DNA from: Lama glama
Lineage: Eukaryota
Length of the DNA: 64,000 nucleotides
Reading direction: 5' to 3'
NCBI GenBank assembly: GCA_028534125.1
Contig: CM052818.1
Location: forward strand, 38,752,001-38,816,000
Shown: positions 50,320 to 62,869 of the stretch, in pieces
Layout of the letters: each line of letters begins with the position of its first letter
How positions within the stretch are numbered: the stretch's first letter is position 1
Translations under genes and position numbers: made by a program
The notes under the pieces: model-generated
The model's input: the letters and a program-made list of their open reading frames with translations, nothing else
Told to the model about the DNA's origin: nothing
The model's database searches: none

Positions 50320-51200
50320 AAAGCGGGTGCTGTCACTAGAAACGCCGGGACAACAGGCCCGAAGCGGGACTTGCACCCCTCCCGCCCGGCCGGATGGCTC
50401 TGGACATTGGGTCACGGGGATCACGGCGTTGTGCTCAGCTCGGCCGGGGCCTCCAGCAGCGGCGAGCCCGCGCAGGGCCTCAGCTTATGGTCGGTTACCG
50501 GCCAGAGTTCCAGAAAGGCGTGGAAATGCCCGGCCACCTCCGGCCGAGCGCGGTGGCCACTAGGCGGCGGGCCAGGGCCGGAGCCGGGGCGGGCGGGCGG
50601 GCGGGCGGGCGGGGCGCGGGGCGGGGACATGGCGACGCCGGCGCCTGCGAGTCCCGTGACCGCGCGCCCCGCCCGGAGCCTCGCCGTCATGCAGTCCCCG
50701 GCGGTGCTTGTCACCTCCAGGTGAGCCAGACCCCGCGTCTCGCGCGACGTGGAGACCGGGTGCGCCGGAGCCGTAGCCGATGCTCCCGGGGCGGACGAGC
50801 CGGCGGAGGTGGCCGGTGCCCGGGACCCCGCCCGCCGCCCAGCGCGCTGGCCGTTGACCTGGGTTCGGCGCCTCCAGAGCCCCGCGGGAGAGCCCCGCGG
50901 CAGCGAGTGCCCCCCGTTTTACAGATGGGGAAACTGAGGTCCCCAGAGACTAACGAACTCACCCAAGACCCAGTGGGAGGCCTGAGCTGGCTGGCACCGC
51001 GCAGGCGGCCAAAGCAGGGGGCTCTCCTTTCCCCTATCCTGCCGACCTGCCCTCATTTCTTTTTGGCTCGAAAATCTGCTTATGCATCTTTTCAGCGCTC
51101 ACCGTGTGCCGGGCCCGGTGAGCGGCATGGGGACGGGGTGAATCAGGCTAGGCTCGGCCCTGCAGGGGAGACGGGGACAAACGCAGACCCGCTGGGGACA
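50320..51200. promoter_or_regulatory. HS1BP3 promoter CpG island with tandem GC boxes
   Basis: Dense CpG; GGGCGG array at 50586-50626 just upstream of exon 1. Confidence 0.88.
50689..50720 (+). CDS. HS1BP3: HS1BP3 coding exon 1
   Basis: ATG at 50689, MQSPAVLVTS(R); donor AG|gtgag at 50721; inside a CpG island. Confidence 0.92.
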
Positions 51201-51999
51201 GATACTTGAGGGGGTGGTGGGTTCAGGTTGTCGTGGGAACATAGGGCAGGGTGTAACCTAGGCTTCTGGAACGGTGGGGGTGGGGGGAGGGGAACGAGGC
51301 CATGTCCTGCTGGAAGACTGAAGGTTAACCAGGTGAAGGGGCGGGGAGAGGTGGCAGCTGCTCAGACAGGTAGCTCAGGAAAAGTGCAGTTACAGCAAAG
51401 GCCTCTGGAGGGTCCCTGGAGGCAGAATGAGCCCACCCTGATCCAGGCCTGGAGGACCCAGTGCAAGATGGATCCTGGAAATGCTGGGATGGATATGGAT
51501 TAATCCTTTCCCCTTTCTCGTATCTGTCAGTGACTCACTACAAGTATTTTCATCTATCCACCTGTCTTCCCCCTACACAAAATCTTGGGCTAGGATGCTA
51601 GTCTCTTACAGAAATAAATGCCATTTTCCAGTTGTAATCTGAACTTCCGCAGGGCTTCAGGTCTAGAAAAGTATGATTCTGTAAGTAAACCCTGATGTCA
51701 GAACGTGCTTGGTCTCCTCTGTGTGGTTGCTGGTTGTGTCCTCGTGGGCAGAAGGGGTTTCCCTGATGCCCCATGAATCACCTCCTCTCGCCGAGCTTCA
51801 GTTTACTTTTCTGCAAAAAAGGGTTTGCGGTTGGCAGTTGTAAGCAGGTTCAGTAGCAGACCAGTTGGTGCTGGGTGCTCGGGAAGGGGCTGGGTGGCTT
51901 CCCTCACTGCCCCACCTGGACAAGACTTCTTAAGATGCAGGTGCTGGTGGTAAAGGCTGGTGAGTGGTTCTAGGATACAGAGTGAACAGCCCAAAATCC

Positions 52000-53560
52000 C
52001 TCTTATAGAGCTTTTGTGGGGCAGATGGACAACAGGTAAATATATGGTGTGTCAGGGATGATAAGTGATACGGAGGAAAATAAAATGGTAGGGAAATAGA
52101 GTGATGGGAGTTGTGAATGCTGTTTTATATGGTTTGGTCCAGGAGTGTCTTTCTGATAGATTGTGGCAGTTGGGTAGATCCCTGACAAATGAAAGAGAAA
52201 TCCTGAGAAAGAGTGTACCGGGTAGAGGGGGCAGCAAAAGCCAATGTCCTGGGGCAGAAGGGTGCTTGGGCACCAGCAAGGAGGCCAGTGTGGCTGTGAT
52301 GGTGTAAGCCGGGGAAAGTGTTAGGTGCTGTGGTGCAGAGCTGGGGGCTTGAGGCTAGAGGACAGTGAGGACAGGGCTCCCAGGCTGAGGTGAGGCTCTG
52401 AGTGCCATGGGACCTGCCTTGGATTTCACAGAGGTCCTTTGGCTGCTGTGTTGAGCAGAATGTGGATGAGCAGGGCACAGCATAGAGATCATTCAGGAGA
52501 CTCTGGCAGTGATCCACGTGAGAGGTGATGGTGGCAGAGGGGGTGAGAAATGTTTGGGTTCTGGCTATATTTTGAAGACTGAGCTTTCAAGGTTTGCTGA
52601 TGATGAGATGTGGTATATGAGAACAAGAAATAGGGGTTAAGACTAACTGTGAGACTTCTGTCCCAAGTTCCTGGAAGAGTGAGGTTGTAGTGGACCGAGC
52701 CGGGAGACTGGATGGAACAGGTTTGGGGATAGGTGCGAATCTCCATTTGTCAGCACATGTTCATTTTAAGAAGCTTTTTGACAGCCAAGTGTGATGTTGG
52801 AAAGGCAGCTGGGAGAACGAGTGTGGCCTTGAGGGCAGAGTCCAGACTAGAGATAGGAATTGGGAGACAGTTAGCCCATAAATGGAATTTAAAACCTTGG
52901 ACCTGGATAAGACCACCTGGGGAAGAGTGGAGCAAGAGAAGAGGTTTAAGGAGAATGCTCTGGGCAGAATTGGGGGACATCCGGGGAAGCTGAGCAGAGT
53001 GACTGGGGGTGCATAGGACCAAGAGGGAGTGGGAGTCCCAGAAGCCAATGAGGACAGAGCTTCAAGGAGCAGAGAGTGACGGTCAGGTGCGGCTGGAGAA
53101 AGAGGAGAGAGCGAACTGACCTTTGCATTTAACAACATGGGGCTCGCTGGCGACCTGGGCACGAGCAGTTTCAGTTGCAAAGTGAGGACAAAGTTAGGTT
53201 GGAAAGTGTTCAAGATCAAACAGGAGAGGAACTCGAGGTGGCGAATATAGGCTGTTCTCTTGAGGAGTTTTGCTGGAAAGAGGAGCAGAAATGCAGCTGT
53301 AGCTCAAGGGGAAGTTTGGGCCAAAGGACAGCTTTGGTTGTAAGAGAAGCGAGAAGGATCCCATAAAGAGGGGAGACTGATGGCGCCGAAAAGAGGGGAG
53401 ACTTGCGGAAGCGACATATTTGAGTAGGTGAGGAGTTGGCCTCAGGTATAAGCCAGCCAGTAGTAGGTCCCCAGTGGTGGGGAGGCAGATGCAGGCCAGT
53501 TGTGGATGTCACAGGATGTGCTCGGAAGGTCCCCCCACCATTCTCCTTTTCTTAGTAAGT
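52000..53560. mobile_element. Long L2 remnant in HS1BP3 intron 1
   Basis: ggctatattttgaag...tttgctgatg...gagatgtggtatatgaga and gagtccagactagagataggaattggga motifs. Confidence 0.65.
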
Positions 53561-53629
53561 GGGAAGCAGGGGGGTGGGGGAGAACGGGCACTAGGGGTTT
53601 GCTGACCCGGGCAACTTGGATTCTGTGTC

Positions 53630-53790
53630 TTTCTACTCAGTGAGTGGTCCCAGGAGCAGTATCATCATCCCTGGGGGCTGGTTAGAAAGGCAGACTCGCG
53701 GGCCCTGCCCCGGACCTGCGGGATCAGATCTGCATATTGACAAGATCCCCAGGTGACTCAGGTGCACTTACAGTTTGAGAAGCTCAGTCT
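53630..53790. mobile_element. MER5A-like hAT DNA transposon
   Basis: gtggtccc...atcatccctggg...gttagaaa...gatctgcatattgacaagatccccaggtga...agtttgagaagc. Confidence 0.7.
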
Positions 53791-53799
53791 GGGGTATAG

Positions 53800-53976
53800 G
53801 TGGGCACACGACACCCGGGGGCCACATCCTGCCCACCACTTACTTTTGTAAATAAGATCTACGTACTGTCTGTGGCTGCTTTCACTCTACGCTGGCTGAG
53901 TTGAGTAGATGTAATGGAGACCTTTTGGCCTTCAAAGCCTGAAATATTTCATCTGGCCCTTTGCAGAAAAGGTTTC
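53800..53976. mobile_element. MER58A-like hAT DNA transposon
   Basis: ttttgtaaataa...tgtggctgctttcact...gagttgagtag...aagcctgaaatattt...tggccctttgcagaaaa. Confidence 0.7.
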
Positions 53977-56016
53977 CTTGGGGGCCTCGGGGAGCAGGAG
54001 AGAGAGTGAATTAGGCTCCAGTGCATCAGCGTCACCTGGAGGACGTGTTAAAGTGAAGAATGATGCAGCGGCCTGGATTGGTTCACAGGTGATGCTGATG
54101 TGGCAGGGACCACACTGACAACCCCAGGTCCAGCCCGAGAGGAGGGGTTGCTAGACCTAGTGCTGCAGGCTGTGGCCCTGAATCTCTGGTGGGACCAGTC
54201 AGCATGTCTGAGTTCATCCTAGTCACCGGCAGCTGCCAGGCACAAAGGAGGCAGAGAACTGCAGAGTTGAGGGCAGAGGGCAGGGGAGCTGAGGCCTGCG
54301 GCGGGGGGCCTCTCAGCTGGGGAGGCGTGACAGGACAGGGAGGGACAGTGGAAAGGTGGTGGGCGGGGTCATGGATGCAGGTCCTGGAGAACTGCTAGGG
54401 GTGGGTTCTGAGAGCACTGGTCAGTGGTGGCTGGGGGGCAGCCTAGAGTGAACCCTGGCTCCACCTCTGACCTGAGCCCAAGGACAGGTAACTCCCTTTT
54501 TGTGTCTGTTTCTCTGACTTTAAGTGGGTCTAAGCAGTAGTGTCCCTTTGTAGGGCCGTGGGAGGCGGGAGGGCCTTAGATAGGTGGGGTCCTTCAGACA
54601 GGGCCTGCGGGGGTGCCGGCTGCTCCCACGCCCACCTGTCACCCTCAATCCAGCTCTGCTCTGCTGCACAGAACACCTGGAACGTAACATCGTGTGTGGC
54701 ACCAGGAGCAGCAGGGTCTGTGTGGAAGGCCAAGGACACTCATTTGGTTACTGGCAAAAGGAAAAGAGGGCTGACTTGTTTGGTGTATCCCATCCTGCAC
54801 TTGTGCATGGGGCTCATTGACCACCTGCCCGAAAGCAGGGTCGCCCGGGCTTTTCTGAGTGCTTCGAGCTCAGTCTAGCAGCCTTACACCTTGTGAACAT
54901 GCTCATGTGTGTAGAGGTTTGTATGGTTAGTAAATGTGTGTACACACCTCATATGTGGGTATGTGGTGGGTTGTCCTCCCAGTTGGTGACAAACAGCATC
55001 ATGTCGGTGACAATGTCTCATGCTACCGTGGGAAGGGGAGGAATCTGCATGGCAGGAGTGCTGGGGGGGGCAGGGTGTCACTTGGTGGATTGGGATATAG
55101 TCCCAGAGGGGGATAGGGCCTGGCTCCAGGCACGGTTTTAGCCCCGGAAGCCCCTCACCCCTCAGGGCCTTCCTTTTCTTGTCTTCTGAAAGTCCTGCCC
55201 AGTGCATAGCCGGTTTCAACCCTGATAACAATGTGCTCGGTATGTCCTGTCATAGGTGTTTGTGTGCATGGTCTCCATTATACCCTTATGTAGAATAGGA
55301 ATATATTTAACCTTTTTCTCACCTCAGAGGAAACATTTTATAACTTCTCAGCTCTTCGTACAATTCAGTATGTTTGTGTAGCATTAAAAATTCTCCAAGA
55401 GCTGTAACGTTTTGCCGAGTATCCTCTCAAAGCCTCGTACAGGTACAGCAGGCCTTATCAGTGCCTTGCAGAGGCCCCAGAACAAAGGATAGCCCAGCAT
55501 CCAGTGCTTTTTCCATCTTCCCCCAGCTGAGCAGGTTCTGTGGTGGCTCTGCTGCCCTCTGGTGAGCTGAAAAAATGCATCTCTCCAGATTCCTGGTGCG
55601 GTTTCAATCCTGCATCATGTGCACAGAGCCAGTCACTTCCCTTGGTTTGAATAGAGCCCTGGGGATGTCATCCGCACAAATCCCGCAGGAACTGTTGCAC
55701 TGGGTTTATCCCAGATACCTAATTGTGATCTTCCATAAGCTCCATGTTCTCTGCTATCACCTGTTTTCCTGCTGGGAATAGCCCTCTGTTCCTGAGCAAC
55801 CCAAAAGCGGGGCCCAGGTCAGGGCCTGCAGAGCCGGGCTGAGTGAGGGTTGGCATGTGGTGGGGCAGGTGGCCTGGAGCTGTGCGCACTGAGGACAGCC
55901 AGCAGAGCAGCCTCTCACCCGGGCCCTCCAGGCCACCCTGAGGCCCTGCCTGCGTTTCACTTGAGAAGTCTGCTGACTTGAGCCTGAGCTTCCTTTGCCT
56001 TCTCTCCCTTTGGCAG

Positions 56017-56182
56017 GCGAGTTCAGAATGTCCACACAGGCCTCGACCTGACGGTGCCCCAGCACCAGGAGGTGCGGGGCAAGATGATGTCAGGGCACGT
56101 GGAGTACCAGATCCTGGTGGTCACCCGGCTGGCTGCGTTCAAGTCGGCCAAGCACAGGCCCGAGGATGTCGTCCAGTTCTTG
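56017..56182 (+). CDS. HS1BP3: HS1BP3 coding exon 2 (start of PX domain)
   Basis: Acceptor ctttggcag; reads RVQNVHTGLDLTVPQHQEVRGKMMSGHVEYQILVVTRLAAFKSAKHRPEDVVQFL; donor gtgag. 32+166 = 198 nt, in frame. Confidence 0.95.
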
Positions 56183-56750
56183 GTGAGCTGGGGGCTCTCC
56201 CAGGATGCTCCCGAGGGTGCCTAGCATCCAGGGGTCCAGGTGGTCAGACATACCTGCCACCAGGGTGCAAGTAGCACCAGAAAGTGCGCAATTTTCTAGC
56301 CAGCATTCGGCCTGAGTGTGCCTAGCCAGTGCGTGTTGGCGGTAAGGACACAAATGAATCAGATGCTTACTGTCTGTGGGGAGACAGACCTGTAAAGAGA
56401 CAGATACAGGTGGAGACAGGAGCCCAAGGCGGGGCGGGGGGGGGGAACTGTGGGAGTACAGAGAAGGGGCACCCAACCCATCCTAGGGAAAGGGTTCTGG
56501 AAGATTTCTCAGAAAAGGCCAGGGCTGAAATGTTTTAAAGAGCAGGTGGAGATGTCAGCACTAGGGTGGATAAGACACTCCCTTTGTCTCTCTCCCCTTC
56601 AGTCTACAACCAGTAAAACATCCACAGCAGCTCCACACATCTGTACATCTAGAGGTGGGTGGACTGGAACATATAGAGGAGGTGGATCTGGGAGAAGAGG
56701 AGAGGCGGTGTATGCAGTCCTGGATCTGTAGCCCTGGTGGCCAAGCCCAG

Positions 56751-56864
56751 AATCAACATACAAAAATCTGCTGCATTTCTGTATGCTATCAATGAACTAG
56801 AAGAAAGAGAATTAAGAAAACAATCCCATTGACAGTCACAACAAAAATACCTAGGAATAAATTT
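56751..56864 (+). mobile_element. Short L1 ORF2 (RT region) fragment
   Basis: atcaacatacaaaaatctgctgcatttctgtatgc...aaatacctaggaataaattt encodes [11 protein letters not shown]...KYLGIN, the L1 ORF2 motif. Confidence 0.8.
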
Positions 56865-58771
56865 CAAGGTCATGGCCTAAGCAAAGGCACAGAGGCTAAA
56901 AACAGGGTGTCGTGTGGGAAACTGTGAGCAGCTGAGTGTCGTCCTGGAGGAAGTAGGGGAGGAGGAGGGTGATGACAGGCAGAAGCCGGGTCACGGAGGG
57001 CAGGCGGGGCATCTGGCTGGTCTGGCAGGCCAGGAGGAGTCTTAAGCAGTGGAATGACCTGGTCCTATTTGCCTCCCACTGACCTGCCTGGTGGCGAGTG
57101 GAGTTGGATTGGAAGGAACAGGGCAGGAAATGGGGAGCCCAGTTTGGAGGCTAGTACCCAGGTGGCCTGGGTGAGGGCTGGGAGCAGGCCAGCAGTAGAG
57201 GGTATGGATGGGAAGGAGAGATCATGACTGACTGACTGTTTCCACTGACTGAAGAAAAGGGCACTGGCGGAGGGCCAGGTTGAAGGTAGACGTCTCGAGC
57301 ATGAAGTGTTGGCCCGATGGAGACATGAGGCTGGAACTTGGGACGGGGTCAGGCCTAAGGGGCAGGTTTGGGAGGCATCAGCTTGGAGGTGATACTGAAA
57401 GTCTGGGAGCAGATGAAGTTGCCCAGAGAGTGGCTGTGGGTGTGGAGGGGAGGCTGAGGAGGAAACCTTGGGGACACCAGCACCTCAGACAGTCAAGGAG
57501 AAGGAGCTGAGACCAAGGGGTGAGAAGGGAGCTAAGGAAGGAGAGCGTTTCAGGAGGGGCAAGATCACAGACTCATCCATTCACTATCTACCTTTGGCTT
57601 CTTATAGAAGGATCCAGAGCTGTGCTCAGGAGAGGCAGGTTGCAGGATTGTGAGATAAAGGTAGAATGAGCAAGGGTCCTGCGGTCCAGATTTGACTCGT
57701 ACTTGGAGATGCTTCTCAGCATTTTGAACCACCTGCGAGGGCAAAGAATGCATTTATTCCCAGTGGGATCTGGGGGTGCAACCGAAGCCTGAAATTTCTT
57801 CGCAGTTTCATGATTTAGCTTTAAAAAAACTAATGAGCGTTTTGCTTTCTACTCCTTAAAGGGAATAGAAGCCCTTGCTTTGGAACACTGATGAATGTGG
57901 GCCCAGGATGAGGTGGCACCCAAGACTTACAGCTTTGTGGCTCCCGGGGCTGCCAGTACCCTGAAGACCCACTGCTTCCAGAACCCTGGTCCTGCTGGGT
58001 CTGGTGGCCGGGTCTGCGTGGAGCAGTCAGGCCAGCAGAGGGCGCTCGGCCGCACCTGGTCGAGTCTCAGGTTCTCAGGACCATGAGGAGTTGGAGCCTG
58101 CATCACTTTTGTGAAAGGATGCTCTTACCTTTCCTTAAGGGCTGTTCTCAGGAAAGCTCCTGTGAAGACAACTGCAAGCCACAGTTCCCTGTCCCAGATG
58201 ACTCCCCGTTGGGGGTTCCTGAAGTCCTCCGTCTGGAACCCTCATAGGCTGGGGGTTCTGGTGGTCATGCTGGTTAGCCGGGGCTGTGTGCTGTGCGATG
58301 GCATTGCCAGGTATCCCTCACCTGTATGGGTCCAGACCCACCACAGCCCATTGGCTACACCAGCATTTCAGTGGCGTGCTGTGGATGCGGGCCTGGCCTG
58401 GGAGCAGAAGACGGTATATCTGTGTCTTCCGTGTCGATGCTCCCATAGGGGAGTTGGGGAGACAGACTGAGCCTGCGGGGAGAACACACAGGAGTCCAGG
58501 CGAGGGAGGACGCTCGGCTGTTGGTGGTGTGTGGTGCACAGTGGGTGACTCTTTGAGAGCCCGTGCCGTGTTACACAGACCGCAGTGACGGCACTGACCT
58601 GCTGTGCTGTGGTCGCTCCCTCCACTCTAGACCTGGAGCCTGGAGGGCAGAGACCACGCTGGGTCTCCCCACACAGAGTAAATGCACAGCACGAGCTTGA
58701 CGCACGAGTGGAGGAGCAGCTCACGCTCTCTCTCTCTTTACTCAGGAAACCATGTGTGCCTCTCATTCCAG

Positions 58772-58979
58772 GTCTCCAAAAAGTACAGCGAGATTGAGGA
58801 GTTCTACCAGAAACTCAGCAGCCGTTACCCAAAGGCCGGTCTTCCCCCGCTCCCCAGGAAGGTCCTGTTTGTTGGGGAGTCTGACATCCGGGAGAGGAGA
58901 GCCGTGTTTGACGAGATTCTGCGCTGTGTCTCGAGGGATGCCGAGTTGGCCGGCAGCCCAGAGCTGCTAGAGTTCTTAG
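58772..58979 (+). CDS. HS1BP3: HS1BP3 coding exon 3 (PX domain)
   Basis: Acceptor cattccag; reads VSKKYSEIEEFYQKLSSRYPKAGLPPLPRKVLFVGESDIRERRAVFDEILRCVSRDAELAGSPELLEFL; donor G|gtacc; 208 nt. Confidence 0.95.
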
Positions 58980-60189
58980 GTACCAGGGCTCTGTCCCACG
59001 TCGCTGAGGTCCCTGCCACCCCAGAACTAGGCCTTGCTGCCCTGGCACAGGGGGAGAGGCTCTGCAGGCCCCCGCAGCCCAGAAGCCTCAGCCAGGCTGT
59101 TTGAGGCACGTACATGTGTGCCTTAAGCCTTGCTTAGGCCAGCGCAGTGGGCGGAAGGGGCCTGGGACCCGGCCTGCTAGGACTGACTGCTTGGGTGCTG
59201 GGCAGGCCTCTCCCAGGGGTCTTCTCCCTGATCTCACCCCATGTACCCCATCCTGGCCAGCCGCATCCAGAGCTCCCCCTACGCACGCACACACGTGCGC
59301 GCACACACCCTTCCGTCTCCCGCCAGCCAGGCCTGGGGACCTGCAAGGACCAGAGAAAGCTGTGCTCCCACAGCCAGGCTGCTTCCCTGGCCCCTGGGGA
59401 CACGTCACTCAGCTTGTACCCACTCTGAGAGGGTTGTGGCTGTGGCTCCAGGCAGCCCTGCACCCAGTGATGGGGACCTCGATCCTTTGCCGTCTGCGTC
59501 CCACAGCCTCCCATCTTTCCACTAGTCTTATCTGTCCGATGGGACTAGCCCAGCTGGCAGGTGCTTGTGAGAATCATGTGAACTGACACATGTAAAGTGC
59601 CTGGAACAGGGCCTGCCGTGCAGAAGGTGCTGTAGAAGCGACAGCTGACGCTTTACCCCCACTCAGCACATCTGCTGAACTCAGCACACACCAGGCGTGT
59701 TCCCGTCTTACACAAGTGCCCCAGGGCAGGTGAAGGATGTGAGGGAGGGGGTCCCATCCCGAGGTGCTGGGCACTCACCCTTGACCTTCTCCCTTCTTTG
59801 GATCACTCTGTTTAACTCTTTTCCCAACTATTATGAGGCTCCTAGTTTCACAAGACAGATGGGAATTTTTCCAAAGGAAATTCACAGCAGATAAGCCAAT
59901 TGAAAAAAAAAAATGGAGTGGGGAAATAAAAGCAAAACCAGTGTATGCACAGTGTATGAGCCTGGGCAAGACTGCAACACCAGTTTTATTCTGTCCTTGT
60001 CCACAGCCCCCACCGGGGTCTGCAGGCCAGGGTCTCTCCTGCCCCAGTTTGTTCCAAGGTCACAACCCTCCCCTCTTTGCCTCCCTCTGGGTCTGTGTCT
60101 GCTCCAGTAAGGGGGCTCCCCACCATCTGTATCTGGAAGAAACTCCCCATCTCCTGGCCCCTTCTGCTATGGGGAAGCAGAATAGGGTT

Positions 60190-60320
60190 GTCTGACTTTC
60201 TCAGCTTCTCTGTGCCTCAGTTTCCTTATCTGTAAAATGGAGGTACAAATAGGTTCTTGCATGTGGGGTTTTTGCAATATTTAAATGAATCCATACTTGT
60301 AAAATGTTAATTATATGATG
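60190..60320. mobile_element. MIR SINE
   Basis: cttctctgtgcctcagtttccttatctgtaaaatgg core. Confidence 0.75.
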
Positions 60321-60549
60321 CTTACACCATGAAATTGAAGGTTCACAAGGTTTTTGAATGGGATTGTAACTGCTGCACCCCAGGCTTTGCTCCCCGCGCC
60401 ACACCCTGTGCACCCAGATCTACCATTCTGGTCTCAGAATCTGCAGGAAGCCCCCAGCCTCAGGTGCTGGCACAAGAGCTTGCATGCGGGGAGGTGCCCC
60501 TTTGTCCCCTGGTGGTGAATGTCAGTGCCTTCTCTGTCTCCCTCCACAG

Positions 60550-60766
60550 GCACCAGATCCCCTGGGGCTGCAGATCTCAGCAGCAGAGATTTCTCTGTCC
60601 TGGACACAGACAGCCAAGCAGGAGATGACGGGGATGCTTTTGACTTCTTCCAGCAGCAGGACCAGGTGGAGGGTGAGGGCCCACCCGTTCTGGGCCAGAG
60701 GGGCGAGGATGCAGGGAAGTCCTCAGAAGAGGAGGAGGAGGCACTGGACCCTCTGGGCATCATGCG
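60550..60766 (+). CDS. HS1BP3: HS1BP3 coding exon 4 (acidic linker); later exons not found, presumably beyond the window
   Basis: Acceptor cctccacag; reads TRSPGAADLSSRDFSVLDTDSQAGDDGDAFDFFQQQDQVEGEGPP...EEEEEALDPLGIMR; donor CG|gtacgt. Confidence 0.93.
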
Positions 60767-61639
60767 GTACGTACCCCCTTCTGGGCTGGACTCCCATCTG
60801 GCCCACTCCAGGCTCTCTGGGGACAGCTTCTTCCTCTTCCTGGGAGTCTGAGAAAACCTGTCTCCCCAGGTCACCACCCCAAGGGCCCTGGTGTGCTCAG
60901 GGAACTGGCTCTCTGCTCACCCTTGACATCGCCTGGGTCTTTGGGGCTGGGCCCGGTTATGTCCTGCCCCCTCCCTCGTCACAGTGGTCCCCCCTCACCT
61001 CTGCACTGAGGCCTGGTAAGGCTGTCCCCCCACCCCCAGCAGTTCAGCAGCCCAGGCTACCTGATCCTGACCCAGGGGGCCTGGTTCTCCATCCAGCTCA
61101 TCACTGAAAGCCTGTGACCTGCGGCGCATGACCGGAGCTCCCTGGGCTGAGTTCTGCTGTCCTTGGAGCAGGAACATTTACCTTGGCCCTGCCTCCCCAA
61201 GCTCGTTGTAAGGCTCTATGGATCACATGGACCGTAAGGTGCTGACTGTGATGCAGGGAGGTAGAGTGAGCCCCGGGGTAGACTGTGTTCCCTTTACAGG
61301 CGCACGCTTGCACACACGTGCACACACGCACCCTGCAGAAGAGACAAGCTGGCTGCGGTCTTGATGGTCCCTTGGTGTCCTGATTCTGTCACTGTGTACT
61401 TTCCCCTTTCCTGTCCCTCTGACTGATTTTAGCCAATTAGTGAGCTGCTCCTGAGCCCCGACTGTGTGACCACCCTGAGCTGGGGGAGGGGACTGCAGGC
61501 TAGATGAGACTAAAGGCCCCTCTGATGGACACAGGCTGAGGTGTGGGCGGAGCCTCCCAACCAGGAGACAAAGGGGAGCAGACAGACTCAGCTGCCCTGG
61601 GGCCCTTCTTGGCCTAAATGAGCAGGAAGCAAGGTGGGA

Positions 61640-61975
61640 ACTATTGATTCTGACCACCTCCTATGTGCCAGGCATTGTGCTTTGCACTTTGTCTACCATG
61701 TCTCATGGACACCCTACCCTGCAAACAGCTGTTACTATGCCATTTGACAGATTAAAGAAACTGAAGTCTTCTGAGGCCAATCCCTTGCCCGACGTCGGGC
61801 AGCTGGTAAATAAAGGTTCTGGGTATCAAACCAAGCCCAGGATCCTCTCTGGGACTGTGGAGCCAGACTGCCTGGGCTTGAATCCTAGCAATCTACCCCG
61901 TTTCTTCAGTTTTCTGCAGCAAAACCAGGATAATGACAGCACCTATCTTTCGGGGCTGTTGTGAAGACTGAGTTA
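61640..61975. mobile_element. Two adjacent MIR fragments in opposite orientations
   Basis: ctatgtgccaggcattgtgc...gacagattaaagaaactgaag, then gagccagactgcctgggcttgaatcc...cttcagttttc. Confidence 0.6.
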
Positions 61976-62869
61976 ACACAGATGTCCTGGCCCCGTCTTT
62001 CTGCCCCACCACCTCCGCTGAGTCAGACGGCAGACCCAGGATGGCATTCTCTCTGCCTGTCTCACAGATTCCGTTCCAGAAAGAAATTAGAGCCAATGAG
62101 AAGTCCGGCGGGGGCAAGTTCAACTTAAACAACATGAAAAATACAATCCAGAGAGCATTGCCCACCCCCTGCAGGTCTTCCTCTCCTGGTGGGATGTTGG
62201 GGGTGGCACATGGGGACCTGTGGCTGCAGGGTTGCCTTGAGGCCAGCCTAGAGGGGACGAGGAGTCCAACTCAGGAAAGATCTGGGAGCTCAGGGAGACG
62301 GAGGAGCAGAGCCAGAGGTCCTGCAGCTACTTGGCTCCCAGGAGTCAGGCACCCGCACCCCCCAGCCCTCTGTGCCGACCTCATCCTGGGAGGGACAGCA
62401 GGTCTGTGGGAGCGACAGTGAGGTTATGTCGGGAGAAGTTGGTAATAGCCACTCCTTATCAGCCTTGTATAACCCGAGGGCCTTGTTGGGCTATATTTGT
62501 TTGAACTCACCCTCTCTGTTGTTTGGAGTAACCACACGTTTCTTGGTGCCAGACTGAGATGGGCTTCTGTGGTTTGCGCCAGCCTTTGGCTGAAGGACAT
62601 GCTTAGCAAAGCAGCTCCTTTTTTGGGTAGGAAAATGCTCTTTGGGGTTGACAGGGGCCACCTTTAATTTCCTGCCCACTCCAGGAGCAGATTGACAGGG
62701 GTGTGCAGACTGAGGAGCCCTGCGCTCAGCACCATCCCCAGCTCTGCGCTCATGTCTCCTTCCTGAATCCAAGGATTGCTGAGCACTGAAGGGGTCCCAG
62801 AGGCTCTTGACCTTCTGCCAGTCTGTTAATGACCGATCTGATGATAGTCAGTGCTGTCACTTCCATCAG

